From NCBI RefSeq assembly GCF_009914755.1, contig NC_060944.1: a stretch of DNA of 64,000 nt. One strand, 5' to 3'. The first letter of the stretch is position 1. Each line of letters starts with the position of its first letter. The stretch is from the human T2T-CHM13v2.0 reference genome, Homo sapiens. The notes below the pieces were generated by a model. It saw only the letters and a list, made by a program, of their open reading frames with translations. It was not told the DNA's origin and did not search any database. A program made the translations under genes and the position numbers. Of this stretch, positions 25,421-37,972 are shown piece by piece.

Positions 25421-28400
25421 GCATTCATTACAAGGAGTTACTAAACTTTCACAAAGTAGAATAAAGTAGTTCAAATGATAAAAATAGGGCAGAGAAGATA
25501 AACATTGCCAAAATTTGGTTCATTGAAAACACAAAATTTTAAAACATCTAGAAAATTAATTTTAAGAAAAGGAAAAAAAAGAAAGCCCAAATAATCAAAA
25601 TCAGGAAGACAAGGAGGCCATCACACACATAATGCAGACATTGTTAAGATATTACGAACACTCTTGCAAATAAAATGGAAATTTCAGAAAAAACTTGAAA
25701 ACAATCTTAGAAAAATATAACGTGACTCATCTTACTACTTTTATATACACTTAATGGGAACCTACAGTGGTTTAAATTTTAGAAACAATTGTAAAAGGCC
25801 TTAAATATATTCATATACTTTTACTTCGTAGTCTCAATTCTCGGTAAGTTTGCAAAGGAATTATGCCTAAATGCAAACAATAACAACAGCGACCTTGACA
25901 TACAAACACATTCCACATAGTTACTTACTCAAAAAAGAAAACTGGGCCAAATCAAGTGTGAAACTATTGATGAACAGCTAAAAAAATGGAGACAAGTGGG
26001 CCAAAACATCGTTTTTTTTTAATCCACTTTTTTGAAAAATGAGAAATCTATTTTTATTTCATTTTGTTTATATTTGGGCATATACTATAAATGTCCAGCA
26101 ACAAAGACATTAATTAAATAAGTGATAGAAATATACTATGAAATACAATGAAATCTTTAGAGATGATTGTGTAAAAGTCTTTTTATATTTTGGGGACTCT
26201 AGCCCATTTGCATAAATTATCTTAATCCTATAAGAGGAAAATACAGAACCAGTAGGGAAAAAAGAACAAGATCATGGCAAGCTGAAAAGGCACAAAACTT
26301 CACTAAATCAAGTCAGGATTCAAAGAGAAAATCTAGCTTTATAGGGAAGCAGTATTAATAATAGTAAAACCCCAATAGTCCATTGTAATGCTTGAGACAA
26401 GGCCTCACATTTCAGCAGGTAGAATTATTACCACCCTGGGGACTCACGACCACAAGTCCATCTGTGATCAAAGCAACTCAGTTCCAAGTTTCACTGGATT
26501 TGGTGGTGATGTTCCTGATAGGCCTTATTTATCAGTTCTATGGTGACCATTAAAAAAAAAAAAACTCTCACACACACAACAGAATATTTTAAAAATTGAA
26601 GTTCATTTTATAATCAATAAGCACACTTAATGCAATGCTATTTTTCATTATTACTAGGTTGATAGTTTATCTTAAAGTTTAAGGCATCTTATTGTCAAGG
26701 AACCATAGTGTTTCCAGGGTTCTTCAGACTAGCTCAGGAACTGTGCCTATGGGTGACACCTGGCATTAGAGTTAGCACAGAGGACTTAAAAGCATTGGAA
26801 GGGAAAGGAGACCAGAAGTGAAACTGTAGATCATAACACAATCGAGTTATTAACAAAGATTACTTCCAGGTCTCAAAAGCTTGTGCTCTACTATGAGAGA
26901 CAGGCTAAGAACAGTGACAAACCCTAGAATATCCTCCAGCAAATACTAGGAAGTTGGTTCGTAAGACCACTTTCCCAACTGCTACGCCCTCTGTTGGTAG
27001 GCACAGTTGATGAGTCTGACCTCACACAGAGTTTTGCTTCTGTCTTTCAAAGTCTGCAGGTTGGAAGGTGTAAAGCTGTGGAGTTTCACTGCCAAGTTCT
27101 GTGGCACAGGCTGTATACTCTAAGAATTTAAAGGCGAGATATTGAAAAGGACTAAGGAAGGATTAATGAGTTAGAGTTGGGGCTTAAAGAATTTCAATAG
27201 GTAAAAAGAGGGCTTTTCCAGGGCTAATAAACATGGAACTTGAGAGGGGAAGAAGGAAGGTGCATTTTTGGCATAGTGTTTCTTCTGGAGCATTTCCTTA
27301 TTCAGCTCTGGAAGTTCTTTGGCTAAACTGGAATTGCAAAGGCAAGAATCTACTTGGAAATAACTGGAATATGACAATATATTTCTCTCTGCTTCTCCCT
27401 CCTGACACAGAATTGGAGCCTAAGCCTCTTTGAGACTTTTCAGTCAAAGCTGGATTTTCATGCTAACGTATCTTAACCATACAGGCCCATTCCACATCTT
27501 GCAAATCTTGTGCCAGAAAAGGATTTCCACTGCCTTGCAAAGCTGTCCTGGCACAAACAGACCTCTGCGGGCATAGAACAGAATGAGCACAGAAAGACTA
27601 CACAGCTTCCTGTGCTTGACAGGGTAGGAAGGAGGCTCTGCGCTATTCCCCTCGGGGGAAGAATCCCACACACTAAGTATAATTTCCAGGCAAGTTGAGT
27701 AATGGGGCAAAATTAAATTGGACTCTCCTTCTGTCTTAAACCTAATTAATCTTCCTCTACCATGCACTTACTCCACTAAAATATGGCATTAAAATTCCAG
27801 CACTTTAGTTTGCACTTTCCAGCAGCTTTCTATAAGGAGTAGTAACCTGATCTACTAGTTCATGAAATCCTAATATGGAATAATTTAGAAAAGTGAAAGG
27901 GTTGGTTCTCAGCAAATAAATAAGATATTGACTTAGGAATTTTAGATCCCAACAGTAGAAAAGCAGTGCCCCAGAGATATAAGTATTGTTATTATTATTA
28001 CTTTGTTGTGTGATCTTGAGTCTAAGAAATCTATCATGTTAGTTGTTAGTGTAATTACATGCTTTGTGAGCATACTCCTTGCTAAGGATTTGTGGAAACA
28101 GAACTCCCTAATCTATAACTGTTAGTAACTCATATTTATTTTGAATTTGTTCTGGCTTCTGTTTTTCACATATTTAAGTGTCAGATTTGCTGTTGTGTGC
28201 TAGGAAAAAAAATGTTTACTTCAAAATCAACCATATTTTGATTTCAATGTACATCACAGCTTCAGGGTAGAAGTGCCCAGGATTGAGATGGTTGAACAAG
28301 GGTATATTTTCCACCTGCCTTAAAACTTAATTACAACTAGAATCTTTTCTTCCCCCTTAAGTGAGTAAATCCCAGACCAAACCTCTCATGTATTTACTTG

Positions 28401-29052
28401 TTTTGTCCATGCTAAGACTACAAAAAGAGAAAACATATTCTGGCAACAGTTATCCTAAGAGAGAAAAATTGCAAAATACCTAGCATGTTGAAACATTTAG
28501 AAATATACCACAAATATTCATGTTTATGGGTTGTTTATATGTGCATTTACATATATATGCATATATTATTATGATAGCTTAATAGGAAAGATTCCTGCAT
28601 ATTATAAAACTTAGATTTATCACCAACTCTAGTTTTATGACATTGACTAGAAAGGAAGGACCAGAAATAATGGTTCTCTTTAGCTTTAGATTGGGTGATT
28701 TTTACCATTTATGTATATTTTATTTGATTGGCATAATATAGTGGAGCACATGAGCAGGTCATGTACATAATTCTCTTTTTTTTCCCTGAAGGCCAAGCAT
28801 ATAAGAACATAAGAGTGAAGTTCTAAAAGATTTTGTAGATAAATGATTGCAATAAGATGACTATCGATATTTAGGTATGTTTTAAAAGGACAGAAACTTA
28901 ATTTGTTGTTTCTTATTGTATTGTTTCTTTAATATTTACTTAATTGCTTTCATTATTAAATACCTATAATTAATTGATTGCATGAAGAAAGCAAGAAATA
29001 AGTGAATAAAAAATATGTCTATACCAAATGACATATATAAAGTATAAAACAA

Positions 29053-29253
29053 TGATCAGTTAGATCATAAATATTTTAGCTTCTGCAGTTCATACAGTCT
29101 CTGTTGCAGCTAGTCAACTCTACCATTTTAGAGCAAAAACAGGTATGGATAAAGTATAAACAAGTGAGTGTGGCTGTATTCCAATAAAATATTGTTTACA
29201 AAAATAGTCTACAGGCTGAATTTATCCCATGGGTCATGCTTTGTCAAGAGCTG
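29053..29253 (+). mobile_element. MER58A-like hAT-Charlie fossil
   Basis: AAATATTTTAGCTT...CATACAGTCTCTGTTGCAGCTA...GTGTGGCTGTATTCCAATAAAA. Confidence 0.8.
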
Positions 29254-30014
29254 ATTTAAGGCATCAAGGGCAGCCCTTTATTCTCAAAATAAATAATTAG
29301 CTTATAGGTATTTTAATAATTTGCAAGACTTCATGAAAGGATCGGCTCAGAGGAAACACAATTCACCCAAACTTTCTACTGACAAGTCATCAGTATATAG
29401 ATGGTGTACAGGACCAAGCAGGCCTTTAGACTTTCTCTCCTCCCTGCCACTAAATTCCTTTTGGCCTTGCTGTATTTTATGAGCTATTCTTGTTTCCAGC
29501 CTAATACGAGGAAAATGGGTAGATGGCATAAGAGGACATTGAATGTACTGAAGGCAGCCCAAATATTCCATGCATTAGTCACTTCGGATATCCAGTGGAG
29601 TGAATGTGGCATTCATTAATGCCCAATGTCGGCCCGGGCAAAGTCCAGACAGTCTGCTGGCAGCAAGAAAGCTAAAGGCAAGAAGGCCTGTGTCGATTGT
29701 CGTCTGTACTTACGAGGCTGAGAAACAGTAGCTATGAATCAGCCTGTCTGAGACTCTGCTGTCATTATTTGCAGCAGTAAGGAAGATAATATTTTAAAAA
29801 GCTTTCAGGAATAAAATGAGTCTTAACCACTAGAGGAAGAATCACAGTCTGCAGCTACATTGCCTAGAGGCTTAATGATGATTCATTGCAAATTAGACCA
29901 ATTAAGAATACCCCCCATATTGTAGTCTTGAGTGGCTTAGATAAGATCATTGGTTCCCTTTGACTCCTGGGATCCTAAAATAAATGGGATCTCAGAGATT
30001 TCTGGTTCAGGGCT

Positions 30015-30190
30015 TGTGGAATGTTAGAAGTATGAGGCATCTCACTGGAGATCTGGTCAACCCATTTCTTTACAGATGCGTAAACTGAGCTCTGGTGAGG
30101 TAAATGACATCCAGTGATTCATAATTAGTCGGTGGTGAGGTAGAAATTGAGCCAGCACTCTTGATTCTGGGTTGATAGTTTGATTCTTTT
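30015..30190 (-). mobile_element. MIR3-like SINE
   Basis: GGAGATCTGGTCAACCC...TTTACAGATG..AAACTGAG...GAGGTAAATGAC. Confidence 0.65.
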
Positions 30191-30424
30191 ATTAAGACAA
30201 TTGTTATGTATTCAACCAATGTAGTTTGCACATTGTTTTCCAAAGTGATTTCATCAGAGAACCCCTTTTGTTTCCTCACATGGTTCAGAGAAGACCAGAG
30301 TTCTCCAGAACCTACTTCAGGAAACTCTTTAATGACTACCCGACACCTTCAAGCCCTTTCAACTCCACCCACACATGCTGTTTTCAAGTCTGGAAAATGA
30401 GATCCAAAGAGACTAGGTTGTTGG

Positions 30425-30593
30425 CTCCTGACCTTGCCTGTATATTAGAAGTACCTACAGATCTTTTAAAAATTCCAACTCCAAGCCACACCCAGACCAA
30501 TAAATCACAATCTCCAGGGGCAGGACAGAGACATCATATTTTTTGACGTTTCCCAGGTGATTTTAAAGTACAGACAAATTTTGGGAGCCACTG
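30425..30593. mobile_element. MER5-family hAT-Charlie fossil
   Basis: ATATTAGAA..ACCT...CCCAGACCAATAAATCA.AATCTC...CCCAGGTGATT...GGGAGCCACTG. Confidence 0.75.
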
Positions 30594-33259
30594 GGACAGG
30601 GCATTTCTACCTCTGCTATATCTCACATAGGAAGGCATCATCCATTATGGTGAAAACATGATTTGAGGACATTAGAAGAGATGGAATAACATTTCTTGAA
30701 AGGATGCCCTGCCACCATTGTGAACACACATCAGAGTAGTTATGAAGAACAAAGGAACAAATATAGGTGAAAGTGCTCTAGAAAACTGAAGGATTTATAT
30801 AATATATTCTTCTTTTATTTTAGGAGGTATTCAGACTTGAGCTAGCTGTGAATGCTGTTTTATCTAACTATTTACTAGGAAGAATTATTCTGAAATCAGA
30901 GAATCAGTAAATTTTCAAAAGCACTTAACTTTTGAAAGTAGACCTAAAATTAACTCAATTTTTCTCCTGAGATTTTTAATATTGTTGCTGCTGCTGCTTC
31001 TCTGATGATATCTCGATGGGAGTCTATCTGTTGTAGGATCTCAACTTAGCAGCTCACCTGTTTTTCTTTCAGAGAGCTTTAGTACATGGTATATGCTGTT
31101 TAAAGATAGAAGCAAGAGTTTGGGTTTATTCAACCTTTACACAGAGTAATTTACTTGTGCTGGCTTAAAAACTAAGACCCAAAAACTATTTTTAGAAGAA
31201 ATTATGTTTATCCTATATTTAAAATTCAAAATATTTCAGATGCATTCAATGAAAGGAGATGCAGGACATGTCATAACTGAGCTGCTTTCTTTTATTTGAT
31301 GCTCTCACATAAAAGGCTTATTACCATATTCCATTCAAACACAATTTTTAAATGTTTTCTGAGTCTTCTTAAATCAAATCCTCCTCTACCAACACAGTTG
31401 GGTAATAGATGGCTTTGGAACAATTAGCTGAAGAGGAGGATGATGATGTACTTTTATATATTTCAATTAGAATAACACTCCAGTCGCATTGTTGAGATTG
31501 TTGTTTCTGGATTGCAGTTCCAACGTCATACTGAGTTTGCTCATTTTCATGAGCCAAGATGGGCTCTCTAGTCCTTGATTCCCTGGCTCATCTCAGCTTG
31601 TAATAATTGCTTCCATACTTTCCCACTCGTTCCCTTACTTCGGGTTTGTCCTCTCGTCCCTTCAGTTCCTGTACCCTTCCAGAGGTAAGGCAGAACAGCA
31701 AGAGCCCCTATCCCAGAGTTGTTTATCTAAAACAAATTCACTGTCTCAATACAGTCGAATGCATTCTAGTTTCCAGAGGCTGTGGTTGCATTGTAAACAC
31801 ACAATACTTACTTAGGTTGTGTTTAATTGGGGTGGCTTTAAGAGATTCTGGGAGGAGCTAAGTGACCTCTCACTCCCAGCTACCCATCAGTGTATTCTCT
31901 CCCATAGAAGTTTAAAATTTAAGGCAAAATGAAACTGTCTTACAACTCCTGATTCTTACACTCATCTTCAAATATCTTGCTTTCTGTAGGAAATTGCTTT
32001 GTGAGATTTAGGAAGGAAAACCCAAGAAATACTTGCCCTGAAAAACCAATGAACTGAGATCTATAATGGAAGAGCTAGTGCCCTTGTAAGACGGAAATCT
32101 CAGACATTGGCATCTTTTCTATTGTCCTAGTGACAGACTTATCAAAATAAACAGACAACGATGCTCTCCTGAAGTGGCAGAAATTCCTCTTGAAATTCTA
32201 GGAAAGTGATCATGATGGGGAGATCTCCAGAGCAGAGTCACTCAAATCAAGACAAGATAGGAGAGGAGGGAAGTTGAGCTGCCCATCAGGAGAAAGAAAA
32301 CAGACTGATAGCATCTCCACCTCCACCCAAGAAGGCCCAGTGTTTGCTTTTCTGAGATTTTAACCAGAGTTACACTGATCAAACTTCCATTCTAACCAAA
32401 CGACAGGTCTTTTCGATCGTTAGTTTTTATGTGTGGGCAGCCTGATGTCCCAGGCATCCATGTGGTCGGCTCGGTATTTTCATCCTGTCCAGTGGATGCT
32501 GATCTTAGAAACCACATGCCCTCAGCTGCTTCTACTTCTGGAGCACCATTTCCAACCCCAAGTTAACAAAAACTAAACAGCTATAATATATTTCAGTAGG
32601 TGAAATTGGAAAAGACAGGAAGGAGGGAGCAATATGAAGATGTCCCACACTGAGAAGACACAGGTAAACAAAAGAACTGTCAAGAGGTATTTCTATCAAT
32701 GCAGTGGAGCATTGTGATCTTATTTATTTCAACAATATCTGTTTATATTCAACAGGTGTGTCAGTAGGACAATAGAAGAGATCTTTAATGTGTTGAGATT
32801 TTTCTTTTTATGTAAGCACTAGCTCTTCCCCAATTATCCTAGTCCTTTGGTTTTCAGAGCAAACATTTCTTAGCTTTTCTTTCCTAAATTCCACAAATAG
32901 AAATTGAGGCTCTACTAAGTACCAGGCCAAAGGACAGGTAACAGTAAACTCATGAAACTTAATTTTACTCTACAAATGAACAGTTCAAATACCTGGGTTC
33001 TCTGTTTTTATGGAGATCCAAATACTTATTTAGAAAATTATGTCAAGGTTTTTAAGACAGTCGCTTTCTTGCAATCATTTTGAGCCATATTTTTAGTGGA
33101 TGTGGAAAGTGCAATCAAGTATATGAGGACATGGAATATCTTTCTTTAGTATTATTACCAGAATACTGTCTGAGAATTCTGATTCACCACTCTCTGTGAG
33201 GGTGGTGACACTTGCTTCCTATTGTTTCTGTGTGTCTGTTTGTTCATATATGGGTATGT

Positions 33260-33262
<3 letters not shown>

Positions 33263-33298
<36 letters not shown>
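33263..33298. repeat. (TG)18 microsatellite
   Basis: Direct read. Confidence 0.99.
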
Positions 33299-33300
<2 letters not shown>

Positions 33301-34044
33301 TCTTGCATATTGAACATGAATATCATCTGTTCACAGTGATTCCAAGAAGAGAAATTCACACTAGTGTCGAAAAAAAAAAAAAAAAAAAGCAGGGATGGTG
33401 ACCTTACTTCTTAATTCAGAAGACACATTCCATGCTGTGTTTTCTAATACTTCTGGATCATAGAACCATGACTTGTTTTTTTCATTTAAATTGTTTTTCC
33501 TGTTGAGTCCAGGTAGGGCAGGGGCTCTCCTATGGCATGCATGTTAATAACTGAGGCACGTATCACTGCCCTTGACTTATGTCCTGCTTTTTTCTGAGTT
33601 AAACCTCTTTCCACCCACAGTCTCCTTCATTCTCTTCATTGCTTCAAGGAAAACTATTAAAGCTCTTATAAAACACTACGGCACCTGAGAACTGACATTA
33701 GTGAGAACTTCATCTAGCTCCTTTTACTGGGGCTCTTATTTTGTGGAGGGGCAGAGGGAACCAATTCCTCTGAGCTTTTGAAAGAGAGTAAAACCACTGA
33801 GTGAGTTTTCAAGGAGGATAGAAGGTTGAATCTGCATATCTCATGATCTGCACATGTAATTTGCAGCATGCGTCCCTGTATGGGGTACATGGGATGTAGG
33901 TGATATGAATGTGTTCATTTAGTTATATAACAATTTGTGATTGAAGACCTGGGTACTAGGCACAGCATACAAGGATGGCTCTGCCTGTAAATTAACAGGA
34001 AGCTCTCAGCCAAAGAGACTGGGAAACAATTTCAGTATTTCTGG

Positions 34045-34240
34045 AATCAGAGAGCTCTGAGCTCACATTCCAAGCTCTGCCATTTAATTAATGTAGAATT
34101 GTGGCAATAAACATAACCTCTGTAGATCTCAATTTTCTCAATGAGGAAGTAAGGAAGAATAGCACCTGCTGTACACAGAAATAATGAAACGTAAATGGCA
34201 TCCTATATATAGACAGCCTGGAACAAGTGAGGTGCTCAGG
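34045..34240 (+). mobile_element. MIR
   Basis: CTGGAATCAGA...GCTCTGCCATTTA...AACCTCT...TCAATTTTCTCA...GCCTGGAACA...GGTGCTCA. Confidence 0.7.
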
Positions 34241-34877
34241 AGAAATTCGATGCTTTTCCCTTTTTATCTTGTGATTGGTAAGCGGCCTCTTTTATATCCC
34301 TAAACCTTACCTTATTTTGATCAATAACAGCCACATGGAGAGATTCAAGTCTCCTAGAAGGAAGACCTGTTGGCCTTCATCTTCCAACAGACATTTCATT
34401 GCCTTAAAAGGAGCTCTGTACCTTATGAAAAGGAGAAAAAGATGCTGCCTCAGACTAGGGTGAATTTACTGCTCTCTGTTCCCTGTAATTTAAAGGGTTA
34501 ATTTGCTTTCATCTTCCTCCCACTGAGAACCACTGTTATTATGGGATGCAGGTTCCCACAAAAATAAAGTCAGATGCCTTTTTCAAAGCATAAACTGGAA
34601 AGACCATAGTTAATTTCCATGAGTCAAGAGAGCAAAACCCTGGGCAAGTCTTTGAAAATTCACTTGGGACACTTTATGTCGGAGAGACGGCACTTAAAAG
34701 ACAGGAATCCCATACCTTGGATTCACTTTCCCATGAAAGGCTGCAGAAGTTACTACAGGAAACAAAAAGCAATTCACCTTTACTCTAACCGACCCTCCCC
34801 TTCTTCTCCAACTTCCTCCCTCCCACTGCAGTCTGCTACCTGAAAAATTCTAGCATAGCGAGATAACTTGCTTTAAC

Positions 34878-35043
34878 ACTTTGCTACTCAAAGTGTGGTC
34901 CATGGACCAGCAGCATCGAGCACACCTGGAAGCTGGTTAGAAACTCAGAATCTTGGGTACCGCCCAGACCTGCTGAATCAGAATCTGCATTTTTACAAGA
35001 TCCCCAGAGATTTGTGTGCATCGTGGAGACTGGGGAGCAGTAC
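34878..35043. mobile_element. MER5A/MER5A1 hAT-Charlie fossil
   Basis: CTACTCAAAGTGTGGTCCATGGACCAGCAGCATC...CAGACCTGCTGAATCAGAATCTGCATTTTTACAAGATCCCCAG. Confidence 0.9.
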
Positions 35044-35572
35044 TTTAACTGGCATCCATGTGGATGGACCATATCAAAGCTGCATTTGCTAATCTTGGAT
35101 CAAACCCATTTTTATTGTGGATCTTTCATTTTTATTTTCCTGTTATAAAAAATATTTGATAGAGAGGAACACCCCAACACAAAGCCCTCCAGGTGGAAAA
35201 TTTAGTCTCTGAGAGTTTTGGAGCTGTAGATTGTTAATCAAAGGTCTTAAGTTCTATGTAGGCTCACTGAAAACCTGCATGTACATGTAGTGATATTTGC
35301 AGCTTTATATGTCATTGTCTAATGGGATTTTATCACTCTTACCTGTGAGTAACTCAGGCCAGCTTTGAAAACCATACTTTTGTTTTCCTGCAGGAACAAT
35401 TTTATATGGGCCTGTGGGTAAAATGAATACTATTTGGCTGACCTAAACCACATCAAGAAAATTAAAGGGTGAAAAAAATTCACACAAAATTTAAGCACAG
35501 TCAGTAGTTAGGGATACCTTTTCTTTAGTTTCTACTTTGTTTGTTTTTTTTTGTTTTTAAACTGAGGCAGGA

Positions 35573-35872
35573 GGCTAGGCACTGTGGCTCATGCCTGTAA
35601 TCCCAGCAATTTGGGAGGCCAAAGTGGGTAGATCACTTGAGCCCAGGAGTTCCAGACTAGCCTGGGCAACATGGCAAAAAATCTGTCTCTACAAAAAATA
35701 CAATTAGCTGGGTATGGTGGCACGTTCCTCTAGCCCCAGCTACTGGGGAGGCTGAGGTGGGAGGATCACTTGAGCCTAGGAGGTCGAGGCTACAGTGAGC
35801 CAATATCGTACCACTGTACTCCATCATGGGTGACAGAGTGAGACTCTGTGTCAAAAAAAAAATAAAAATAAA
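35573..35872 (+). mobile_element. AluJ, full length
   Basis: GAGGATCACTTGAGCCTAGGAGGTCGAGGCTACAGTGAGC (J diagnostic). A-rich tail. TSD TAAA(C/T)TGAGGCAG. Confidence 0.96.
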
Positions 35873-36789
35873 TAAATTGAGGCAGAGATGTGGACTAATA
35901 AAATATTGGTGAGTATGAAAAACATGCAGTTCACATCTAAATATAATTATAACATGTAGAAATTCTGACTCATTTTGCAAACACCATTTATTAGTAAAGA
36001 AGTGTTGAGAATCAGCATATGCACATTTTTTTTAGGAGGCCTGTTGAGGAATGTGAAATAAAGACTTTTTGCCTTCCTAAGCTTCCTGTAACTAGAGGAC
36101 AAAAATGTGTTTCTGGCTCACCATGACCCATTACGCAGCAGAGGAAGCCCTATGAGTGCTGTAGGAAGAAGGAAGGTGGGAGCGAGAGAAGGAGAGCTGA
36201 ATCCTACTTGAGTACCACCAGGGAAAACATGCATGTGTCCCCAAGGGGAGTTATTAACCAGAGGCTCAGCTCACTGGCTCTGCTAATCTCCTGAGCCTAC
36301 ACATTACACACCCTGCACATTTCCAGTCACTGGGGAAAGTTCGAGGAAGCGAGTCCTCTGGTTGGATTGGGGGCAAACCCCTTCTATTCATGGGAAATAG
36401 GAGAAGTGAGTTGGTGGACATGGCCTGTGACCTCCTGACAGACGGTCTCTTCACACTGTGGCATAACGTGGCCTGGTATGCTTTGATGGCCTCCCACGGT
36501 GGTCGTCTTGATGTGTCTTTCAGTGGACACTGATTTTTATCACCAATCCATAACAAACTATTTTGCCGACAGAAGGAAAAGGAGGGAGGGGGAAGGGAAA
36601 AGCAGTGGGTAGCTGATAACAGTATACATTTAGAAAGGGCTTAGAAAGACTCGTAGCAGCATGCTTCAGGGGCTCCATCTGACTGCTAGCTAAGCTGCTT
36701 CCAGATTTTCACATGGACACAGAGGGACACTGAAGTCTACTCTGTGCTTCCAAGTTCCTAGTTATTAAAGAGAGCTCAAAACAAATATG

Positions 36790-37262
36790 TAATGCTCAAT
36801 GTTTATATCAATTTAGACATGCATAAAGTATATGTGGATAATTTATACATGTAAAACTCATGGAACTGTAGGCTTTAGATCTGTACATTTTGCTTCATGT
36901 AGACTATCCCTCCTTAAAAGTAAGTACATAATTTAAATAACTTAGCTGGACAGGAATGATGAAGGGAAGGAATGGGGATGATGTGATATACGATTGGCCT
37001 GTCATTGATAACTAGGGTACATGAGGGTCCGTTTACCATTTTCTCTTTAAAACCCGAGGGCAAAGAAGCAGTTATTTTGAAGTCAGAGGGTGGTTTACCT
37101 TTATAAGGGAGGGAGGGGTGGTGCTCGGAGGGGCGCAAGGGATGCCAGCCGTATTCTGTTTCTCGACCTGGACAAGTGGTAACATGGGTGTTTGCTTTGT
37201 GAGAAATCATGAAGCTCCACATCATTGTTTTCTGTATATATGTTGCATTTCACAATAAAAGT
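36790..37262 (+). mobile_element. Old L1ME/MC 3'-end fragments
   Basis: GTAAAACTCATGGAACTGTA..CTTTAGATCTGTACATTT and TATTCTGTTTCTCGACCTGG...CATGGGTGT...TATGTTGCATTTCACAATAAAA. Confidence 0.6.
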
Positions 37263-37614
37263 TTCCCAAACTTCTGTACCTTAAAAGATACTATAAAATA
37301 CACATATAAAAACACATGCCTACAGATTCATGAAAGGATTGTCCATCACGTCGTGCATTCCTAGATCCTGTCTCGTGCATAAATTAGAGTACACAGGAAA
37401 GAGATGAACATAAATATCCCCCAGCTTTCTGCCCAACTGATTGTCTCTAAGAGAACAACATAAGCTCAGTAGTCACCCAGAGGGTGGGGAGAACTTAACT
37501 AAAATATTTTTCATTTTGTCGGTATTTTGAACCCTGGGTCCCTCTAATCAAAAAGCTCACATCTTCCTTGCAAGTAGGAGCAACAAGTGTTCACACATTT
37601 GTTCTAAAGCAGAT

Positions 37615-37972
37615 GCAGCTTTCCTCAGGATCTTTGCACCTGCTGTAGCCTCTGCCTGGGATTGGCTCCCACTGAAACCTGGCAAGTACTTCCTCACCTG
37701 CTTCAAGATTTGACTAAAATCATACTTTCTCACTGCTAAAATCTAAAATTGCTATGACACGTTTATTGACATTTCCTAACCCCCTTCTCTGTTTTAATAT
37801 TCTTCTTTGAACTTAAAAATTTTACTTCATTTTCTCTCTCCCTGTCTTCTCTCTGCCTCTGTTTCTCTTTTTGTCATGACAGTCATTTTTGTCAGTTTGG
37901 CTCACTGCACCTAGAATACTGTCTGGCACATAGTAGGTGTTCACCAAGCATTTGCTCTATTGACTGAATAAC
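37615..37972 (+). mobile_element. L2 3' region
   Basis: CAGGATCTTTGCACCTGCTGT..CCTCTGCCTGG...CCTAGAATA..GTCTGGCACATAGTAGGTGTTCA. Confidence 0.8.

Larger units (their letters stand above)
22400..25720 (+). mobile_element. Ancient L1M 5' half: decayed ORF1 and ORF2 endonuclease region
   Basis: ORF 23280-23489 (LEIKNII...LDTIQERI...DRLRRTNIPLI) resembles the L1 ORF1p coiled-coil/RRM junction. Around 24735-24830, GAAGATGTAATGATTTTACATATCCATGCACCTAAT encodes EDVMILHIHAPN, similar to the endonuclease 'NIYAPN' motif. Very A-rich sense strand with many stops. Boundaries approximate. Confidence 0.8.

Noticed and set aside
26304-26563. Possible short retrocopy ending in ATTAAA plus an A-run, with a loose TSD (AAAACTTCAC / AAAACTCTCAC)
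   Set aside because: The signal abuts the A-run instead of lying 15-30 nt upstream, the TSD is imperfect and low-complexity, and I recognise no parent mRNA. A BLASTN against transcripts would settle it.
33370-33388. Orphan A19 run
   Set aside because: No upstream poly(A) signal, SINE body or TSD; a simple homopolymer.
35378-35423. Possible 24-nt microexon (TTTTGTTTTCCTGCAG|GAA...TGG|GTAAAA)
   Set aside because: Weak donor, and such sites arise often by chance in 64 kb. No supporting context.
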